A stretch of DNA of 64,000 nucleotides from an uncultured Gemmatimonadales bacterium. Lineage in GTDB: Bacteria > Gemmatimonadota > Gemmatimonadetes > Longimicrobiales > Longimicrobiaceae. Below the pieces are notes generated by a model. That model did no database searches. It saw only the letters and a list, made by a program, of their open reading frames with translations, and had not been told where the DNA came from. Positions 1 to 11,248 of this stretch are shown one piece after another. Numbering within the stretch: the first letter of the stretch is position 1; the number at the start of each line of letters is the position of its first letter. The stretch spans positions 5,856,001 to 5,920,000 of the forward strand of contig OY970303.1 of assembly GCA_963716255.1 (NCBI GenBank), given 5' to 3'. The translations under genes and the position numbers were made by a program.

Positions 1-108
1 AAAGTGCACGACTTCGGGCGACTGCGTGTGCTCGTACTGCCTGCACCCCAGCGGCGACATCTGCTGAGGGGTGGGCCCCCGCATCCAATCCTCCAACCGG
101 AGACGCCC

Positions 109-324
109 ATGAATCGACCGGTCCGGCGTGGTGCCGCGGCAGCCTTTTCGCTCGCGGTCCTCGCCTCGCTCGGCTTCGGGGTGCAGCAGGCGGTCGCGGT
201 GCCGGTGGAGCGGTCCGCGGCCCCCGCGTGCGTGCCGTCGACCTGCGACTACTACTGCATCACCCACGGTGCCAACTACGGGATCTGCCTGAACGGCACG
301 TGTGCCTGCCGCTCGGGGCCGTGA
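109..324 (+). CDS. Secreted six-Cys CS-alpha-beta defensin-like peptide (71 aa)
   Basis: GGAGA RBS before ATG 109; signal-peptide-like N-terminus ending QQAVA; C-terminal C-x4-C-x3-C-x9-C-x4-C-x-C with GxC; paralogue at 13536-13763. Confidence 0.8.
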   Translation: MNRPVRRGAAAAFSLAVLASLGFGVQQAVAVPVERSAAPACVPSTCDYYCITHGANYGICLNGTCACRSGP

Positions 325-552
325 TCCGCGCGTAGCCCGACGTGCAGGCTGGCCGCGGCGACGTCTTCGCGGCCGGGTGTGAAGGTCCGCGACGCCGGGC
401 CGTCCCGCTTCCGGGGCGGCCCGGCACGCGTTCCGGGCTGCCCGCACGCCGGCCCTCCTCGCGCGCGCTCCTGCCCCGGTTGACTCCCCGTCGCCGGGGG
501 ACCATCTTGCCCCCTCCGAAAGCCACCGCTCCGACGCAGTCCACCGAATGCG

Positions 553-1248
553 ATGTCCAGTCCCGAGCTGTCCGATCCCGACCGCTGGTCCGCCCTCTCC
601 GACCGGGAGCGGCGCGACCTCCTCGCCGCCGCGCTGCTGGAGGCGCTGGAGGGCGCGCCCGGCGTGCGGGGGACGCACGTAGAGGTGGGCCCGGTGCAGC
701 AGCCGTACGACCTGACGGCGGTGGCGGAGACGGACGTGGGCGACCTGCGCACGCCGCTCTGGTCGCACGCGCGCGCCTCGATCTTCGTGGACGAATCCGT
801 CCACCCGGCGAACCGCGGCCAGCTCGCCCCCGCCGGTGCGGTGCGCGAGGCGGCGGAGCGCCTGCGCGCGCGCCTTGCCGTGCCCTTCACGCTGGAGGCG
901 CGCGGCCTGACGGCCACGCTGGTGCCGGAGGCGGGGGTGGAGCGCACCTGGACCGCCGAGCGCAGCCGCTTTCGCAGCCGCACCGCCGTGACGCGCGAGG
1001 ACGTGGTCGCCGACGCCGCCGAGGTGGACCTGCGCGACCTGCTGGCGCACTTCTACACCGGTCCCTCGCTGCGCATGGCCGCCGCGGACGGCAGCGCCTT
1101 CCTCCTCCCGGCCGCGCCGGAGGCGGAGGGCCCGCTGGTGTCGCTGTGCCCCGCCTGCCACCGCTACGCCGAGGGGAGCGCGGCCGCCTGCCCGGAGTGC
1201 GGCGGCCCCGCGGAGACCGTGGTCGCCGTGCGTCCGCCGCGGCGCTGA
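553..1248 (+). CDS. Hypothetical protein with C-terminal zinc ribbon
   Basis: 231-aa ORF with normal composition; CPAC...CPEC at the C-terminus. Confidence 0.7.
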   Translation: MSSPELSDPDRWSALSDRERRDLLAAALLEALEGAPGVRGTHVEVGPVQQPYDLTAVAETDVGDLRTPLWSHARASIFVDESVHPANRGQLAPAGAVREAAERLRARLAVPFTLEARGLTATLVPEAGVERTWTAERSRFRSRTAVTREDVVADAAEVDLRDLLAHFYTGPSLRMAAADGSAFLLPAAPEAEGPLVSLCPACHRYAEGSAAACPECGGPAETVVAVRPPRR

Positions 1249-1261
1249 GGGGCGGCCCCCT

Positions 1262-1320
1262 CGGCCCTCACCCGGCGGCCTTGGGGCCGCCACCCTCTCC
1301 CAATCCCGGGAGAGGGGGCA
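1262..1320. repeat. REP-like hairpin, family 3 (CCCTCTCCC...GGGAGAGGG type)
   Basis: ccctcacccggc...gccaccctctcccaatcccgggagaggg; related hairpins at ~2925-2975, ~6115-6165 and ~43430-43655. Confidence 0.6.
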
Positions 1321-1351
1321 AGCGCGGGATGATGCAGATACGTCGGCAGTT

Positions 1352-1484
1352 GCGTGAGGGATTACGGCCCGAAGGGGCGAGACCCGGCGGGGCTGTTTCC
1401 GCCGGGGCTCGACTCCGTTAGCGAGCGTTGTTTGCTCGCTTACGGAGCCGAAGCCCGACCCCGGCGCCAGCCGGGGGCACGCCC
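1352..1484 (+). repeat. Structured intergenic repeat family 1, copy 1
   Basis: GCGTGAGGGA...CCCGAAGGG...GAGAC-stem-GCTGTTT-stem-GGCTC...CTCCGT-stem-ACGGAG...CCCCGG-loop-CCGGGG-CACGCCC; nine alignable copies in the window. Confidence 0.9.
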
Positions 1485-1544
1485 GAACCCCGCCGTCGAA
1501 AGCCGTTCGCAGTCCGCTCGATCTCAACCCGAAAGAAATCCAGA

Positions 1545-2717
1545 ATGACTCAGCCTACCGGCGGCGCCTCGCACCTCGAATGCACCCGCTGCGGCGCCCG
1601 CTACGAGAGCGAGGAGCTGCAGCGCCTTTCCCCCTGCTGCCAGAAGCCGCTCTACCCCCGCTACGACCTGGACGCCGTGGCGCGCAGGCTCTCGCGCGAC
1701 GACCTTGCCGGCCGCTCCGCGGACCTGTGGCGCTACGCCGAGCTGCTTCCGGTGCGCGACCCGGCCAACGCCGTGCGCCTGGGCGAGGGGTGGACGCCGA
1801 TGATCGAGACGCCGCGGCTGGCGGACCGCCTGGGCGTGGGCCGGGTGTGGATCAAGGACGAGGGGCAGAACCCCACCGCGTCGTTCAAGGCGCGCGGGCT
1901 GTGCATGGCCGTGTCCCGGGCCAGGGAGCTGGGCGCGGCCGAGCTGGCGCTTCCCTCGGCGGGGAACGCGGGGAGCGCCGCGGCCGCCTATGCCGCGGCC
2001 GCGGGGATGCCGGTCCACGTGGTGGTGCCGCGCGACACGCCGGCGACCATCGTGGCGGAGATGCGCGCCCTCGGGGCGGACGTGGAGCTTCTGGACGGGC
2101 TGATCAACGACTGCGGCGCACGCGTGGCGGAGGGGGTCCTGGAGCACGGCTGGTTCGACCTTTCCACGCTCAAGGAGCCGTACCGCGTGGAGGGCAAGAA
2201 GACCATGGGCTACGAGGTGGCGGAGCAGCTGGGATGGAAGCTCCCGGACGCCATCCTCTACCCCACCGGCGGGGGGACCGGGCTGGTGGGGATATGGAAG
2301 GCGTTCGACGAGATGGAGCGGCTGGGGTGGATCGGGCCGGAGCGCCCCAGGATGGTGTCGGTGCAGGCGGCGGGGTGCGCGCCCATCGTGCGCGCGTGGG
2401 ACGCCGGCGCGGCGGAGGCGGAGCTGTGGGCGGGCGCGCGCACCTACGCGTCCGGGCTGCGCGTGCCCCGCGCGCTGGGCGACTTCCTCATCCTGGACGC
2501 GCTGCGCACTTCCGGAGGCGCCGCCTTGGCGATCCCCGACGAGGAGATGCGGCGCTGGACGCCGCTGGTGGGCGCCGACACCGGGATCTTCTGCGCGCCG
2601 GAGGGCGCCGCGACCGCCGCCGCCGTCCCCGTCCTGCGGCAGATGGGGGTCCTGGGGCCGGACGACAGCGTGGTGCTCTTCAACACGGGGAGCGGGCTCA
2701 AGTACGTGGGGATGTGA
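1545..2717 (+). CDS. thrC: Threonine synthase (PLP-dependent, fold type II)
   Basis: N-terminal Cys motif, LGEGWTP, NPTASFKARG (PLP Lys), SAGNAG, YPTGGGTG, NTGSGLKY; start placed at ATG 1545 downstream of the repeat. Confidence 0.9.
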   Translation: MTQPTGGASHLECTRCGARYESEELQRLSPCCQKPLYPRYDLDAVARRLSRDDLAGRSADLWRYAELLPVRDPANAVRLGEGWTPMIETPRLADRLGVGRVWIKDEGQNPTASFKARGLCMAVSRARELGAAELALPSAGNAGSAAAAYAAAAGMPVHVVVPRDTPATIVAEMRALGADVELLDGLINDCGARVAEGVLEHGWFDLSTLKEPYRVEGKKTMGYEVAEQLGWKLPDAILYPTGGGTGLVGIWKAFDEMERLGWIGPERPRMVSVQAAGCAPIVRAWDAGAAEAELWAGARTYASGLRVPRALGDFLILDALRTSGGAALAIPDEEMRRWTPLVGADTGIFCAPEGAATAAAVPVLRQMGVLGPDDSVVLFNTGSGLKYVGM

Positions 2718-2741
2718 TTTGACGGGCTGAACTGCGGGTTG

Positions 2742-2870
2742 GGGCGTGCCCCCGGCGGGCGCCGGGGTCGGGCTTCGGCTCCGTAAGCCCGCAAACAACG
2801 CGGGCTAACGGAGTCGAGACCGCGCAAACAGCCGCGCGGTCTCGCCCCTTCGGGCCGAAATCCCTCACGC
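2742..2870 (-). repeat. Structured intergenic repeat family 1, copy 2
   Basis: Reverse complement aligns with copy 1, with compensatory stem changes. Confidence 0.9.
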
Positions 2871-2999
2871 GGGGCTCGCGCTGGCGTCCGCTGGGACCCC
2901 AGCCCGGCTCCTACCTTCTGCCGTGTCGTGCTCCCCCTCCCCCCTTGCGGGGGAGGGGGCCGGGGGGAGGGGGCGCGCCGAATCCCGCCACCAAGAACA

Positions 3000-3037
3000 G
3001 AATCGCCCCCGCGGCCATCCGGCCGCGGGGGCGATTC
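3000..3037. terminator. Strong hairpin between convergent genes (probable terminator)
   Basis: gaatcgcccccgcggcc-atcc-ggccgcgggggcgattc perfect 17-bp stem. Confidence 0.6.
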
Positions 3038-3057
3038 GCGTCGTGTGACGGGTCCGC

Positions 3058-4710
3058 TCAGCGGGTACGCCCCACCGACAGGTACAGCTTGGTGGGGTCC
3101 GGGACCGCGCTCGCGACCGAGTAGCGGGCGCCGCCGCCCGCGTAGCCCGCCATCTCCCGCTGGTGCGCCTGCAGGCGCCGGCGGACCTCCGCGTCCTCGC
3201 GGTACACCGGGAGCTCGGCGAAGGAGAACGCCGGCCCGCCGCCGGGGCTCACCGAGGGGCTGGGCGTCGCCGCGACCGCCTGGATCCCGGTCGCCGTCAC
3301 GTCCACGCCCAGCGGGTCGCCCTCCACGTCCGCGCCGTAGAACGCCACCAGCGTGTAGTCGCCCGCCTGGTCCACGCAGAGCGCCTGGCCGGCCGCGGGC
3401 GCCAGCGTGTGCACCTGGCCCACCGCCAGCGACGGGACCGCCGCGCAGGCGCCGGCGGGGGCCTGCCCGCCCGAGGTCACCCGCACCTCGGCGCGGCCCG
3501 CGCCCACGCCGAAGCGCAGGTACGCCGCGCCCCCCGCGTCCAGCGACAGCGACACCGGGGTGCCGCTCGCCAGCCGCCGCGTCCGCAGCTGGAGCCCCCC
3601 GGTGAACAGGTTGCGGAAGTCCCAGCTCGGCTGCGTGAAGCGGGCGTCTGTCCCCGGCACGGCGTCGTCCATGTACACCGACACCGCCCAGTCGCGGAAC
3701 AGGGGGACCGGGTCCGTCGCGAGCGCGGCGCGCAGGTTCGCCATCCCCGTGGTGCGGGAGTTCACCAGCGTGTTCCAGAGCGCCTGCTCGTCGCCCCCGC
3801 GCCGGTCCGCCGCGTAGCGCAGGAAGTTCCAGATCGCGCCGCGGGTGGACACGTCGTCATCCGTCTCGTACGGCGAGTCGCGCTCCGGCTCGTTGGTGTG
3901 GCCGAAGTAGCGCGTCCCGTTCTGCGCCATGTAGGCGAAGAACGCCGTGCGCGCCGTGGAGCCCGTGGGGAACGCGGCGCCGGCCAGGTTGCGCCGGGGC
4001 GACAGCCCGCTCGCCTCGTAGAACACCAGTTCCTCGGCGACGTGGCTCAGCCCCTCGTTGAGCCACACCGCCTCGTTCCACTCCGCCCCCCCCACCTTGA
4101 GCGTGTACAGGCGGCGCGACGCGCTGATCAGGTGCTGCGTCTCGTGCGCCATCACGCCCACCATGTTCTGCTTGGCGCTGGCGTACGAGAACGGCCCGCC
4201 GCGGATGGGGTCCGGCGCCAGCAGGTAGATGATCTCGCCCACGTTGCTCGACGGGCAGGCCTGCAGGTTGTCCGTGTCCTTGGTGGGAAACAGGTCGCGC
4301 GAAAAGAACAGCCCGTTGATGTACGTCCCCGAGGAGGGGGAGGTGAGGTCGTTGATGGCGCGGGTGACGAAGAACACCACCCGGTCGTTGCGGTCGATGT
4401 CCTCCGGCTCGCCGAAGTTCCGCGTGTCCACCGGCCACACCAGGTTGTCGTACGCGGTCGCGAACTCCTGGTAGTCCGCGTCGGTGAAGCCCTGCGACGA
4501 GTTGGTGACGTCGTTCACCATGATCGCGCGGTTGGAGACCGCCGCCACCCGCCCGCCCCGCAGCACCGGGTTCTCGCAGTTGTCGTTGAACTGGACGTTG
4601 AGCTGGATCTCCTCGCCCACGGCGGGGAGCCTCGCCTTGGGCTCGGTCGGGGAGTCGTCGCACGCCGCGAGGGCCGCTGCGAGCATGGAGAGGCCGAGGA
4701 TCCGCTTCAT
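3058..4710 (-). CDS. Lipoprotein with zinc-metallopeptidase (HEXXH) domain
   Basis: Lipobox LAAC; AHETQH followed by WLNEGLSHVAEE. Confidence 0.8.
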   Translation of the reverse strand: MKRILGLSMLAAALAACDDSPTEPKARLPAVGEEIQLNVQFNDNCENPVLRGGRVAAVSNRAIMVNDVTNSSQGFTDADYQEFATAYDNLVWPVDTRNFGEPEDIDRNDRVVFFVTRAINDLTSPSSGTYINGLFFSRDLFPTKDTDNLQACPSSNVGEIIYLLAPDPIRGGPFSYASAKQNMVGVMAHETQHLISASRRLYTLKVGGAEWNEAVWLNEGLSHVAEELVFYEASGLSPRRNLAGAAFPTGSTARTAFFAYMAQNGTRYFGHTNEPERDSPYETDDDVSTRGAIWNFLRYAADRRGGDEQALWNTLVNSRTTGMANLRAALATDPVPLFRDWAVSVYMDDAVPGTDARFTQPSWDFRNLFTGGLQLRTRRLASGTPVSLSLDAGGAAYLRFGVGAGRAEVRVTSGGQAPAGACAAVPSLAVGQVHTLAPAAGQALCVDQAGDYTLVAFYGADVEGDPLGVDVTATGIQAVAATPSPSVSPGGGPAFSFAELPVYREDAEVRRRLQAHQREMAGYAGGGARYSVASAVPDPTKLYLSVGRTR

Positions 4711-4981
4711 GGGTTCCCGTGTTGGAGCGTGGCGGACGTGGAATCGCCGGCAGGCGAGGCGGCGCTGCAGCTACGGCGGAAGGGACGGCGGATGGCCCCG
4801 GCGGGTCCCGTCCGCATTGATCGTACCCGGTGCGGGCCCGCGGCGCGAGCCCCGCGCGCGGGCGCAGGGGCCTTATACGCCGCCCCGTGGGGAAAGGGTC
4901 CGCGCCGGGTGTGGTCCGCGGCGCGGGGCCGTGCTATCTTGGCGCCGTTCGCGACCGCCCCACCCGATCCGAGACCCAGAC

Positions 4982-5911
4982 ATGACCCGGACCCAGACGC
5001 GCCACTTCCTCGCCATCCCGGACTTCTCGCGCGAGGAGCTGTACGAGATCCTGGACCTCGCCGCGCGGATGAAGCGGGGGGAGTACACCGACAAGCCGCT
5101 CGCCGGCAGGACGCTGGCGATGATCTTCACCAAGAGCTCCACCCGCACCCGCGTCTCCTTCGAGGTGGGCACCTACCAGCTCGGCGGACACGCGCTCTTC
5201 CTGTCCTCCCGCGACATCCAGCTGGGGCGCGGCGAGCCCATCCGCGACACCGCGCGCGTGCTGTCGCGCTTCGTGGACGGCATCATGATCCGCACCTTCG
5301 ACCAGGCCGACCCCGAGGAGCTGGCGAAGTGGGGCTCCGTGCCGGTGATCAACGGGCTCACCGACCTGCTCCACCCCTGCCAGATCATGGCCGACCTGCA
5401 GACCATCCGCGAGAACCTGGGGCCGGACCTGTCCGGGGTGAAGGTGGCGTGGGTGGGTGACGGCAACAACATGGCGAACTCGTGGCTGAACGCCGCCTAC
5501 CGCTTCGGCTTCGAGCTGCGCCTGGCCTTCCCGGCCGGGTACGAGCCGGACGCCGCCATCCTGGAGCGCGCCCGCGGCGCCGCCAACATCGTCACCACCC
5601 ACGACCCGCGCGAAGCGGTGGCGGGGGCGGACGTCGTCAACACCGACGTGTGGACCTCCATGGGCCAGGAGGAGGAGTCCGCCCGGCGGCTGCGCGACTT
5701 CGCCGGCTACTGCGTGGACGAGTCCATGATGGAGTCCACCACCAACCGCTCCATCTTCCTGCACTGCCTGCCGGCGCACCGCGGCGAGGAGGTCACGGAC
5801 GGCGTCATCGAGGGTCCGCGGTCGCGCGTGTTCGACGAGGCCGAGAACCGGCTGCACGCGCAGAAGGCGATCATGGCGACGCTGATGGGCGGTTCCGGTT
5901 CCAACGGCTGA
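4982..5911 (+). CDS. argF: Ornithine carbamoyltransferase
   Basis: SSTRTRVSFE, HPCQ, DVWTSMGQE, FLHCLP motifs; start ATG 4982. Confidence 0.95.
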   Translation: MTRTQTRHFLAIPDFSREELYEILDLAARMKRGEYTDKPLAGRTLAMIFTKSSTRTRVSFEVGTYQLGGHALFLSSRDIQLGRGEPIRDTARVLSRFVDGIMIRTFDQADPEELAKWGSVPVINGLTDLLHPCQIMADLQTIRENLGPDLSGVKVAWVGDGNNMANSWLNAAYRFGFELRLAFPAGYEPDAAILERARGAANIVTTHDPREAVAGADVVNTDVWTSMGQEEESARRLRDFAGYCVDESMMESTTNRSIFLHCLPAHRGEEVTDGVIEGPRSRVFDEAENRLHAQKAIMATLMGGSGSNG

Positions 5912-5932
5912 ACGACATTTGACGGCGGGGTA

Positions 5933-6060
5933 GGGCGTGCCCCCGGTGGGCGCCGGGGTCGGGCTTCGGCTCCGTAACGCAGCAAACCACGCTGCGTAAC
6001 GGAGTCGAGCCCCCGCAAACTGCGCGGGGTCTCGCCCCTTCGGGCCGGAATCCCTCACGC
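5933..6060 (-). repeat. Structured intergenic repeat family 1, copy 3
   Basis: Aligns with the other copies; stem ACGCAGC-GTGGTTT-GCTGCGT. Confidence 0.9.
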
Positions 6061-6184
6061 GGGGATCGCGCTGGCGTCCGCGGGGCATCTCCAGGCTGAC
6101 GGTCCCCACCGTCGTCGTGCCGTGCTCCCCCTCTCCCAGCATCGGGGGAGGGTGCCGGGGTGGGTGGAGGGCCGCCGTTGCAGG

Positions 6185-6219
6185 CTGTTCCCTGTTCCCT
6201 GTTCCCTGTTCCCTGTTCC
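6185..6219. repeat. Heptamer tandem repeat (CTGTTCC)x5
   Basis: Five exact copies directly after the CDF transporter stop codon. Confidence 0.9.
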
Positions 6220-7125
6220 CTATCCCTTCCGCTCCAGCCGCTCGTCCGCCCAGCTCACCGGGTCCTCGATGGGCTCCAGGTGGGTGAACACCGTGGTGTT
6301 GGGGACGGCGCCGCGCAGCTCCTCCTCCAGGCGCTCCAGGTAGTCGTGGCCGCGCTGCACCGTCCACTCGCCGGGGACCAGCACGTGCAGCGACACGAAG
6401 CGGCGGGCGCCGGCCTGGCGGGTGCGCAGGGCGTGGAACTGCACCCCGTCGTTGGTGTGCGCCTCCAGCACGGCGGCGATGCTGCGCCGCTCCGGCTCGG
6501 GGAGCGCGGTGTCCAGCAGCCCCAGCATGGACCTGCGCAGCAGCCCGATTCCCGTCCACACCACGTTCACCGCCACGGCCACGGCGATCAGCGGGTCCAG
6601 GATCTTCCACCCCGTAGCCGCTGCCGCCCCCACCCCCAGGATCACCCCCACCGAGGTCCACACGTCGCTCATCAGGTGATGGGCGTCGGCCTCCAGCGTG
6701 ATGGAGTGGTAGCGCCGCCCCGCCCCGAAGAGGAGGCGCGCCACCCCCAGGTTGATCACCGAGGCGAGCGCCGAGATGGCGAGCCCCACCCCCACGTCCT
6801 CCACCGGCCGCGGGTCCAGCAGGCGCGGCACCGCCGTCGCCAGGATGCTGGCCGCCGCGATCACCACCAGCGCCCCCTCGAACCCGCTGGAAAAGTACTC
6901 CGCCTTGGTGTGGCCGTACGCGTGCTCCTCGTCCGCGGGGCGCGCCGCAACCCACAGCGCCCACAGCGCCACGATCGCCGCCAGCAGGTTCACCAGCGAT
7001 TCCAGCGCGTCCGACAGCAGCCCCACCGACCCGGTGAGCACGTACGCGCCCCCCTTGAGCCCGATGGTCGCCAGGGCGGCGAAGATGGAGATCAGCGCGT
7101 AGCGCTTCAACGACGGCTGCGACAA
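6220..7125 (-). CDS. Cation diffusion facilitator (CDF/FieF-like) transporter
   Basis: [42 protein letters not shown]; start uncertain (TTG 7125 assumed). Confidence 0.9.
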   Translation of the reverse strand: MSQPSLKRYALISIFAALATIGLKGGAYVLTGSVGLLSDALESLVNLLAAIVALWALWVAARPADEEHAYGHTKAEYFSSGFEGALVVIAAASILATAVPRLLDPRPVEDVGVGLAISALASVINLGVARLLFGAGRRYHSITLEADAHHLMSDVWTSVGVILGVGAAAATGWKILDPLIAVAVAVNVVWTGIGLLRRSMLGLLDTALPEPERRSIAAVLEAHTNDGVQFHALRTRQAGARRFVSLHVLVPGEWTVQRGHDYLERLEEELRGAVPNTTVFTHLEPIEDPVSWADERLERKG

Positions 7126-7235
7126 CGGATGCGCCGGGGGTTCCGGTGGCTCTGTGCGGAGGAAGCCGGCAAGGTAGTGGGTGAGTGCGAAAGCGCGAAA
7201 GTGCGGGGTGCCGTTCGCCGTTCCGTCGCACCCAA

Positions 7236-7375
7236 ATGAATCGGTTCGGAGGGAGACAGCCGGCAGTTTGGCTGGCTCACTCCGGCGCAGGGAGACTCGC
7301 CGGCTGTTTGGCGAGGCTCCCGGAGCCCGCGTAGGAGACCGGCAGCAGGACCGCCGGGCTCCGCAGCGGCCCGCC
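7236..7375 (+). repeat. Structured intergenic repeat family 2, copy A
   Basis: Aligns over ~140 bp with the reverse complement of 18875-19016; three tandem GAGAC-stem-loop-stem-GGCTC hairpins. Confidence 0.85.
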
Positions 7376-7500
7376 ACGACACCCGGATCCCTCCTGTACA
7401 TTCCGTCCGGAGTCCACTAGTGCCATTCCGGCAGGTTGGTTACCTTGTCCTCCCGAGCCGGACCCAACGGAAAGACACGCACCGAACCGCCGAGACCCCA

Positions 7501-8625
7501 ATGGCCGACGCCACCCTGCTGCGCACCCCCCTGCACGGGGAGCACCTCGCGCTCAATGCCAAGATGGTGCCCTTCGCCGGCTACGAGATGCCCGTGCAGT
7601 ACCCCACCGGCATCACGGCCGAGCACAACGCCGTGCGCACCGCCGCGGGTCTCTTCGACGTGTCGCACATGGGCGAGTTCCTCGTGTGGGGGGAGCGGGC
7701 GCTGGACTTCGTGCAGCACGTGAGCAGCAACGACGCGTCCAGGCTGGAGGTGGGGCAGGCGCAGTACTCCACCCTGCTCAACGACGACGGCAGGCTGCTG
7801 GACGACCTGCTCGTCTACCGCTTTCCCAACCACTACATGCTGGTGGTCAACGGCGCCAACAAGGACAAGGACTGGGCCTGGGTGTCGCGCTACGCCGAGC
7901 AATTCGGCGTGGAGCTGACGGACCGCACCGAGGAGATCGCCCTGCTGGCGCTCCAGGGGCCGAGGGCGCAGGCCATCCTGGCGAAGCTCACCGGCTACGA
8001 CCTGGACTCCATCGGCTACTACCGCTTCGGCTGGGGGCCCATGTCGGGTCCGCTGGAGGGCGTCACCGCCACCTATTCGCGCACCGGGTACACGGGCGAG
8101 GACGGCTTCGAGCTGTACGTGGACGCGGCGGACGCCCCCGCGGTGTGGCGAGCGCTGCTGGAGGCCGGCGCGCCGGAGGGGATCCTCCCCGCGGGGCTTG
8201 GGTGCCGCGACTCGCTGCGGCTGGAGATGGGCTACGCCCTGTACGGCAACGACCTGGACGAGCAGACCTCGCCGCTGGAGGCGGGGCTGGGCTGGGTGGT
8301 CAAGCTGGACAAGGGCGACTTCGTGGGGCGCGACGCGCTGCTCCGCCAGAAGGAGGCGGGGATCGGGCGCAAGCTGGTGGGCTTCGTCCTCCGGGAGCGC
8401 GGCTTCCCGCGGCACGGGTACCCGGTCAGCGTGGGCGGCGAGACCGTGGGCGAGGTGACCAGCGGGGTGTCCAGCCCCACGCTGGGCCAGGGCATCGGCA
8501 TGGCGTACGTGCCGGCGGAGTCGGCGAAGCCGGGGAGCGAGATCGGCATCGTCATCCGCGACCGGGTCGTCCCCGCCGATGTGGCGCGTCCGCCGTTCCA
8601 CAAGGGCGGGAGCGTCCGCACCTGA
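7501..8625 (+). CDS. gcvT: Glycine cleavage system aminomethyltransferase T
   Basis: [34 protein letters not shown]. Confidence 0.95.
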   Translation: MADATLLRTPLHGEHLALNAKMVPFAGYEMPVQYPTGITAEHNAVRTAAGLFDVSHMGEFLVWGERALDFVQHVSSNDASRLEVGQAQYSTLLNDDGRLLDDLLVYRFPNHYMLVVNGANKDKDWAWVSRYAEQFGVELTDRTEEIALLALQGPRAQAILAKLTGYDLDSIGYYRFGWGPMSGPLEGVTATYSRTGYTGEDGFELYVDAADAPAVWRALLEAGAPEGILPAGLGCRDSLRLEMGYALYGNDLDEQTSPLEAGLGWVVKLDKGDFVGRDALLRQKEAGIGRKLVGFVLRERGFPRHGYPVSVGGETVGEVTSGVSSPTLGQGIGMAYVPAESAKPGSEIGIVIRDRVVPADVARPPFHKGGSVRT

Positions 8626-8666
8626 CGCGGACGGCGGCGTCCGGGCCGGCAAGGCAGGGGAACCGA

Positions 8667-10247
<1,581 letters not shown>

Positions 10248-10297
10248 CGGCGAAGCCGCTCGCGATCCGGCGGTCCCGAACCCTGGGCACCCTCCCC

Positions 10298-10540
10298 ATG
10301 TCCTCACCCGAGTACCACGTCTTCACCCGCAAGGGCGATTCGCGCGCCGAGGTGGACCGGCTGCTCGCCGAGCTGAAGCGCGCCCACGGCGCGGACGTGG
10401 ACGCCGGCTTCCACAAGTACATGTACGTCACCAAGGCGGACCTGACGGTGGTGATGCTGCACCCGGGGGAGTCCTTGCTGTCGCGCGCCCTGCGCGGGCG
10501 GCCCGGGTGGACGGAGCCGGGGATGGCGGGCGGCAACTGA
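10298..10540 (+). CDS. Hypothetical protein (80 aa)
   Basis: ORF with host-like codon usage and protein-like composition. Confidence 0.6.
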   Translation: MSSPEYHVFTRKGDSRAEVDRLLAELKRAHGADVDAGFHKYMYVTKADLTVVMLHPGESLLSRALRGRPGWTEPGMAGGN

Positions 10541-10561
10541 GCCGCCGGCGCCTTCCGCGGC

Positions 10562-11041
10562 TCACCTCACCGTCACGCTCTGCTCCAGCGCGGTCCGCGC
10601 GTCCCAGCCGGTGCCTGGGTAGGCGTGCACCACGCGCAGCCGGTAGGTCCCGGGCGCCAGGCCGGTGATGCGCGCGTCGTAGCCGAACGCCGCGATCACC
10701 TGGGTGCACATCTCGCCCTCGCGCGCGGCGTCCACGCGCAACGTCACCTGGCCGCCCGCGGCCTCCACCGTCCCCGACAGGCGCCGGCAGGGGTCGGGGG
10801 TCTGCATCCGGCCCTGCACGACGATGGCGCCGGCCTCGCCCTCGGCGCGGGTGCCGGTCTCGGCGGCGGGCGCGGCCGGCGAGGCGCCGGGGCCCGGGTC
10901 GGTGAGGGTGGGGCCGGACTCCAGCCGGCGGGAAGTCAGCTCCACGCGCGGCCCACCGCCCCCGCCGGAGGCGGGCGCGGGTCCGCCGGCGGTGGAGCAC
11001 GCGGCGAGGGCCAGCAGCATCACGAGCGGCATACGAACCAT
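10562..11041 (-). CDS. Hypothetical lipoprotein
   Basis: GAGAGG RBS; lipobox LAAC; C-terminal beta-rich domain with a C...CTQVI pair. Confidence 0.7.
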   Translation of the reverse strand: MVRMPLVMLLALAACSTAGGPAPASGGGGGPRVELTSRRLESGPTLTDPGPGASPAAPAAETGTRAEGEAGAIVVQGRMQTPDPCRRLSGTVEAAGGQVTLRVDAAREGEMCTQVIAAFGYDARITGLAPGTYRLRVVHAYPGTGWDARTALEQSVTVR

Positions 11042-11093
11042 GGGTGCACCTCTCTTTCGTGGTTTCCGAAGCCCGGGGTACGCTCCACCGCCC

Positions 11094-11225
11094 GCGTGAG
11101 GGATGCGAGCGCGAAGCGGCGAGACCCCGCGGGGCTGTTTCCGCGGGGGCTCGCCTCCGTAGCAGACGGTCGTTTCGTCTGCTACGGAGCCGCAGCCCGA
11201 CCCCGGCGCAGCCGGGGGCACGCCC
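11094..11225 (+). repeat. Structured intergenic repeat family 1, copy 4
   Basis: Variant with CGCGAAGCG in place of CCCGAAGGG. Confidence 0.9.
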
Positions 11226-11248
11226 GACCCCGCAGTTGGAACTCGTCG

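Noticed and set aside
1354..1548. Recurrent small ORFs and N-terminal extensions reading MRD..PKGRDP or LRSRSPTPAP
   Set aside because: They are translations of the family-1 repeat; frame is not preserved between copies
2742..2870. Hammerhead ribozyme within the family-1 repeat
   Set aside because: No CUGANGA core on either strand; other ribozyme classes could not be tested by eye
3163..5460. Long overlapping or antisense ORFs (this one and many similar Arg/Pro/Gly-rich ORFs in the track)
   Set aside because: Shadow frames expected in very GC-rich DNA, opposite or offset to well-supported genes
7236..7500. Glycine riboswitch upstream of gcvT
   Set aside because: The structured segment is a family-2 repeat also found at 18875-19016, and I could not find the conserved glycine-aptamer CTCTCAGG core
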